Source: Tubulanus polymorphus
Lineage: Eukaryota; Animalia; Nemertea
Direction of reading: 5' to 3'
NCBI RefSeq assembly: GCF_964204645.1
Contig: NC_134031.1
Location: 4,588,001 to 4,652,000 of the forward strand
Length of the DNA stretch: 64,000 nucleotides
Shown: positions 59,560-64,000 of the stretch, in pieces
Layout of the letters: every line of letters begins with the position of its first letter
How positions within the stretch are numbered: the stretch's first letter is position 1
Made by a program: the position numbers and the translations under genes
The notes under the pieces: model-generated
What the model was told of the DNA's origin: nothing
Database searches by the model: none
What the model saw: the letters and a program-made list of their open reading frames with translations, nothing else

Positions 59560-59714
59560 TAAGAATCTTACAATAATTTCAGCAAAAGACGAAAAGTTCT
59601 TGTTTATGCCTGATGATGGCTATCAGTGTATAGCCGAAACGTTGTTCCGAATATATATTCATTTACTGAACAAGAACTGTTCATCTTTGGCTGAAGTTAT
59701 TGCGGAATTTCTTA
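59560..59714 (+). mobile_element. Palindromic non-autonomous element (second Penelope-like family) carrying a hammerhead motif
   Basis: About 45-bp imperfect inverted arms flank the core; a sibling copy lies at 16413-16516. Confidence 0.7.
59606..59646 (+). ncRNA. Minimal hammerhead ribozyme motif (weak stem I)
   Basis: atgc-CTGATGA-T-GGCTAT-cagtgt-ATAGCC-GAAA-CGTT-gt; core and stem II are intact, stem I has only ~2 bp. Confidence 0.6.
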
Positions 59715-59867
59715 TGCGAATAGTGGATCTAAATTCAGGAATAGATTTGTCAAGGCGTGACCCGATACTGGTTTCTGGATAGAAGTCTCATTTTCAAAAT
59801 CTGATCTAGTGGGTTTTTTTCTAAACACAATTTGCCCGCAGTTGGGGGTTAATCATGAAAAAATTAT

Positions 59868-60005
59868 TATCTTAGAATAGGAATTGTCCCTGATAATTAT
59901 TTGTTTGGAGGATTTGGTGCGATTCGTTTTGATTCGATGTCCCTTACAAACCCACAACTCCTCATGCCGGGAACGAAACGGGGGTTCATGTTAACGGAAA
60001 TCTAA
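59868..60005 (-). mobile_element. Dispersed repeat family A, copy 4
   Basis: The reverse complement contains tgggtttgtaagggac...caaataa...cctattctaaga. Confidence 0.65.
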
Positions 60006-61239
60006 ACAGCCCAATATCTCAATCCCTCTACCAAACACCCGCCGACAGTTTGTAAATGACGACCCCTAAAAAAGCAATTCATCTAATCGAATATTCGATT
60101 ATCAGAAATATATCCCGAAAAATAACTAGGCGGACTCTTAACATGACTCGCACAAAACTATATATGAATTATTGATATCAGCATCATGGAAAAAGGAAAA
60201 AGCCAATTCCCGGGAGCACGACTGCAGAGTTTTTCGCTTACAGTTTCGTTATCGGTAAACATCTCCAACGATATTGTCCATATATATATATATACATTTA
60301 TATCCATTTCTGATCGGTATACCTGAAGAATGGTCATCGGGTTGGCCGACATATAGGTCTGAAAGCCATCGAAAACCTTTCATAACGACGCCGTTTCAAC
60401 CTGATAGGAATGAGACACTAACCGGATAACCCTATACAGGGTTATGTTTCAGCGATGAAATAATAAGGATGTCAATCGTCTTCCCATTTGGACGTCTAGC
60501 GAAGATTGCTCATCATTACTCCTAATATCTGGGAGTTTCTTTCTTCACGATAAACCAAACTTAAGTTCGAAATTTTGTCTCGTGTTATGGCCATTGAGGG
60601 GTTTTATCGGCTCCAGACGGACACGTCAGAACAGGCGATAAAACATCATCAGAAATCCCCGGTTACCGCCGTAATGAGCTATATACATCATATCAAAACA
60701 GCAAAAGCATTTAAGCCCCGACAACTATTTTATTACGGCTTATACAGAAATGTAATCAGGCTTTCGTCGCCGAATAATCCGTGTATTTCGCTTCTCTAAT
60801 TCGGCAAGATTAACGAAAACTTGCATTCACTTCAGGTGCCAGTCGGTGTTGTTAATAGGTGGCTACTAATTTGACAGATGTATAATACCCGCGCAGTTGC
60901 TCTCGCCACCAAACGACATCAAGAAGAATGGCGTGTTTTGTTGTATGCCAGCGGGCAACGACTCGGTTGTTTTATGTTTACCTCCGGAGAGTCATACTGA
61001 TGAGGAATGGTGATTAGCTTAGAGCAAATACGAGTAATTTTCCTGACCCCCATATATCTATAAATTGACCGTGGTTATACGGCCGAGCTCTAATTACGTA
61101 CTTCTATTTGTCAATTCGCGCATAATTAGCGACTGCCTTTATCTCTACCTCGTCTTCGTTATCAGCATTTTCAATGATTCTCTGATTTAATTAATCATTA
61201 AAGTCTTCCTATCTCATTGAACTAGTCTCCTGATGTCTG

Positions 61240-61242
<3 letters not shown>

Positions 61243-61278
<36 letters not shown>
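61243..61278. repeat. (TC)n microsatellite
   Basis: Direct reading. Confidence 0.95.
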
Positions 61279-61282
<4 letters not shown>

Positions 61283-64000
61283 TCTTCGCCACCATAGACG
61301 GAACTTGCAAACGGTCGGCTCGGATCTCTGCTTTACGTCAATTTAAAGCTTGTCTAAATTACCTTTCGAACGTCGAGATGAAAGTCCTATTTTAAGGATG
61401 TTCAAAAAGGGAAATGAATGAGGGCACGTGACTGGAATACTCCGCTCAAAGAGTTTCAGCGACGCAGAGCGTGGAAGTGACTGAAAATATACCAACAGAG
61501 CCCCGGGGCGACTTTAACCCGAATAAAGATCCCTATCGCGAATCCACCGAAGCAGAAAAACACTCCTGAACATCAGAATTCTTAACACCGGAAATGCGGC
61601 GTAATTTTGCCGTTTGATTTGATGTTATTGGCTGCGAAATGTCAGAGGTTTCAATGAACGAGCGAGGAAATTGCGCGCCGGTTGCGGCCATTTCAACGCC
61701 TATGAGCAGTGACAGTTGACGAAAGCAAACACAAAGGCCCCAAACGACACCAATTTGCGAGGAATTCGCGCCGAATAAGGAAAGCCACAATCACGGCGCG
61801 CAGACGGTAATATTTATTCCATTATCTCCTACGAATAGAAATGAAGCTTCTCGTCCAATTAAGAACGCCCTGTTGCTGATATGAATTCAATCCCGGCGCA
61901 TGTACGTGTCTGTGTACGCGAGCGCAACTCTCAACACTCGAGAACTTCACATGTAATTTACGCTTTTTGTTGAATTGAATTCGAAATTGTCTTCGACTAC
62001 TTAGGATTATAGACGGCCGTTTTCTGTCGCGGTTTTCACCTGAATTTTGCGTAATTAGATTTTTCGAAAAATTAGAACGAGTGGATGCGATGAGTCGGAT
62101 AAGGTTATCGGGAGAAATGATAAATTCCTAGAAACGACGGAGAATCGACGCGTGACCGAGAAGCTCGTCTTGGAAATAGAAACGGCGTCAGAAAAGCGTG
62201 CGTTGACTGGCTGCTCCATCTAACATCATTACAGCCAATAGAATGGCGAATGAGATGGGTAGAAAAATGGATAGATGGCAGATCGGATTCCGAAATTGCT
62301 AGAACTGAGGCGAACCTTGGACTCTCAAAAAAGCTATATCCGATACTCTGGAGTTCAGAGATCTGCTTTACAATATAATGCTTTAAATCGCATTCTAAAG
62401 TGTAGTCCTGACAGTGAAGGTGCACCTGCCTGGCCTTAACCATATATTAGTGACGGAACTTTTAGGTGAAAGTCGAGTCTTTCAGAGAAAAGAACCCCTG
62501 ATTCGCCATCTCTAGCGTACCGATCAAACGTTTATGATACTTACATCAGTACAATCCAAAATTCAATGTCACAATATTGATCAAATGAGTACCGGGTTTT
62601 TATGCGGCGATTTTAATCCTCCCATTTACACCAGTTTTAAACTGTCAACCGAACGGCAAGAGCATATCGGAATAGAAATGTGTAAATTATGGAAATTACG
62701 ACGTTAAATGTAATCATTTAATGCACATGTACATTTCTGAACCCTGTCGGTTATAATACGGTGATAAGATTCGTGTTTACGGCTGGTTTTTAAGATAAAC
62801 GCAATCGATGCAGATTCTGAGAACCGTGCAGGTGATCGTGACAATAAGCTATGTCATAAATACAACAGGGGGAGACATTTTACCTGTTACCGCAATATAG
62901 GTATAGTTCCTTCCTATGTATACAGGTTGATTAGTGGCCTAAACAGTAACATATAACTGCAAAACCAGGATGTATAATTTCAATGCATGATTTCTACTCA
63001 CAAAAAAAAAATACAAAAAAAACAGGTCTGGGGCATATGTATGGTTATGACGTTATGGCCGTTTTTATATCCGCAGTCAGTATAGACGGCAATAAATAAA
63101 TTCATAGAATAACACTTTCATGACGGTGTCAACAACGAATTCTTTTCTGCTAAAATGATAGCAATTCATGACTAGATTCTTGTTATTTTCGGTGTCAGTC
63201 AACCTGTCAACGCTCGCTTTAACGCTAATTTCACGAAAGTCGCCACCGGAAAGAGCTGAACGCTTAACGATTATCAATCCATCAATTCATAAACGTAGTT
63301 ATTTCGTTCGAGAATCGTTTTTGATATCATCGTGTCACGGAAAAGGAGGTTGAAATATAGAGATGGAAGTTACTTATGCAAGAGACCGCGATGACGAATT
63401 TGTGGATAAGTGGAATCGTTTTCATTATTGAGCCGTGGAAATTCTTCCCGTATTGATCTAAGCGTAAAACCGGCAAGTTTTTAGTAGCTACAAGAATAGA
63501 ATCTTCGACGGGCGATATTCTAATAATGAAAATTTGAAGGCACTCGGGCGTCATTGAGCACGTTAATATGCACGATGTAAATCTAAATTTTAAGGCAGTT
63601 AAGAAACACTTCCGTAGATCCCGTAATAAGTTCCGCTAGATCTGCATATTCATTTTTGCAATACATTGCCCCAAAAGCAGGGTTCATTTTCTCAAGGATG
63701 CTTCGTAATCAAGGTCATTCAAGGCCACCCAAAACTAAGATACGGGACCAATCCAAAAACTCGTTGCCAAAATCAAGGCCGACCCCTTGTGACAACCATG
63801 AACCAGCGACTAGTGGCGACGTTGAAATTCAATAAAACTCGTCCATCGCTGTTAAACGTCAACAAAATGTCATCAATTTAAACATGTCATCGGTGAAAAC
63901 GTCTGGCAAAGATCGGTAGACAAAATATCATTGGAAATTGATCAAAGTATCTATCAAAGTTCGCCAGAAATGCCACCGAAATAATTTTGAAGATACAAAA

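Noticed and set aside
60316-60360. Further hammerhead-like motif CTGAAGA..stem..GACATATA
   Set aside because: GAAA is mutated to GACA and stem I does not pair; at best a decayed relic.
60982-60995. Micro first exon MTLR(R) that would splice in phase 2 to the 46353 exon
   Set aside because: Too short to distinguish from chance without transcripts.
62105-62443. 112-aa ATG-initiated ORF on the minus strand
   Set aside because: No recognisable domain; in-frame stops precede the nearest good donor (62039), so it cannot join Rap1GAP.

Overview
Intron-rich, AT-rich animal (invertebrate) genomic DNA with four spliced protein-coding genes, all on the minus strand and head-to-tail; I assembled their exons by hand from GT-AG sites and phase continuity. 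(1) 104-921: a 3-exon, 77-aa secreted prepropeptide that the ORF track largely misses. It has a signal peptide, an RFRR furin site and a 44-aa mature peptide with the CxC..C..C..CC framework and 'GC..GW..C' motif of sea-anemone beta-defensin-fold neurotoxins. (2) 3335-14405: Wnt4, 4 coding exons, 356 aa. (3) 17343-21458: a secreted VWD-C8-linker-VWD-C8-TIL protein (10 coding exons, about 724 aa) with two GDPH autoproteolysis motifs. (4) 26261-46343, with a long 5' region beyond: Rap1GAP, with two separate GoLoco-motif exons and several candidate alternative first exons. Non-coding DNA holds (TA)n tracts, many fold-back MITE-like elements, and at least three families of short palindromic elements carrying minimal, Penelope-type hammerhead ribozyme motifs. 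The taxon cannot be fixed from the sequence; a lophotrochozoan is my guess. All gene models are manual predictions without transcript evidence.
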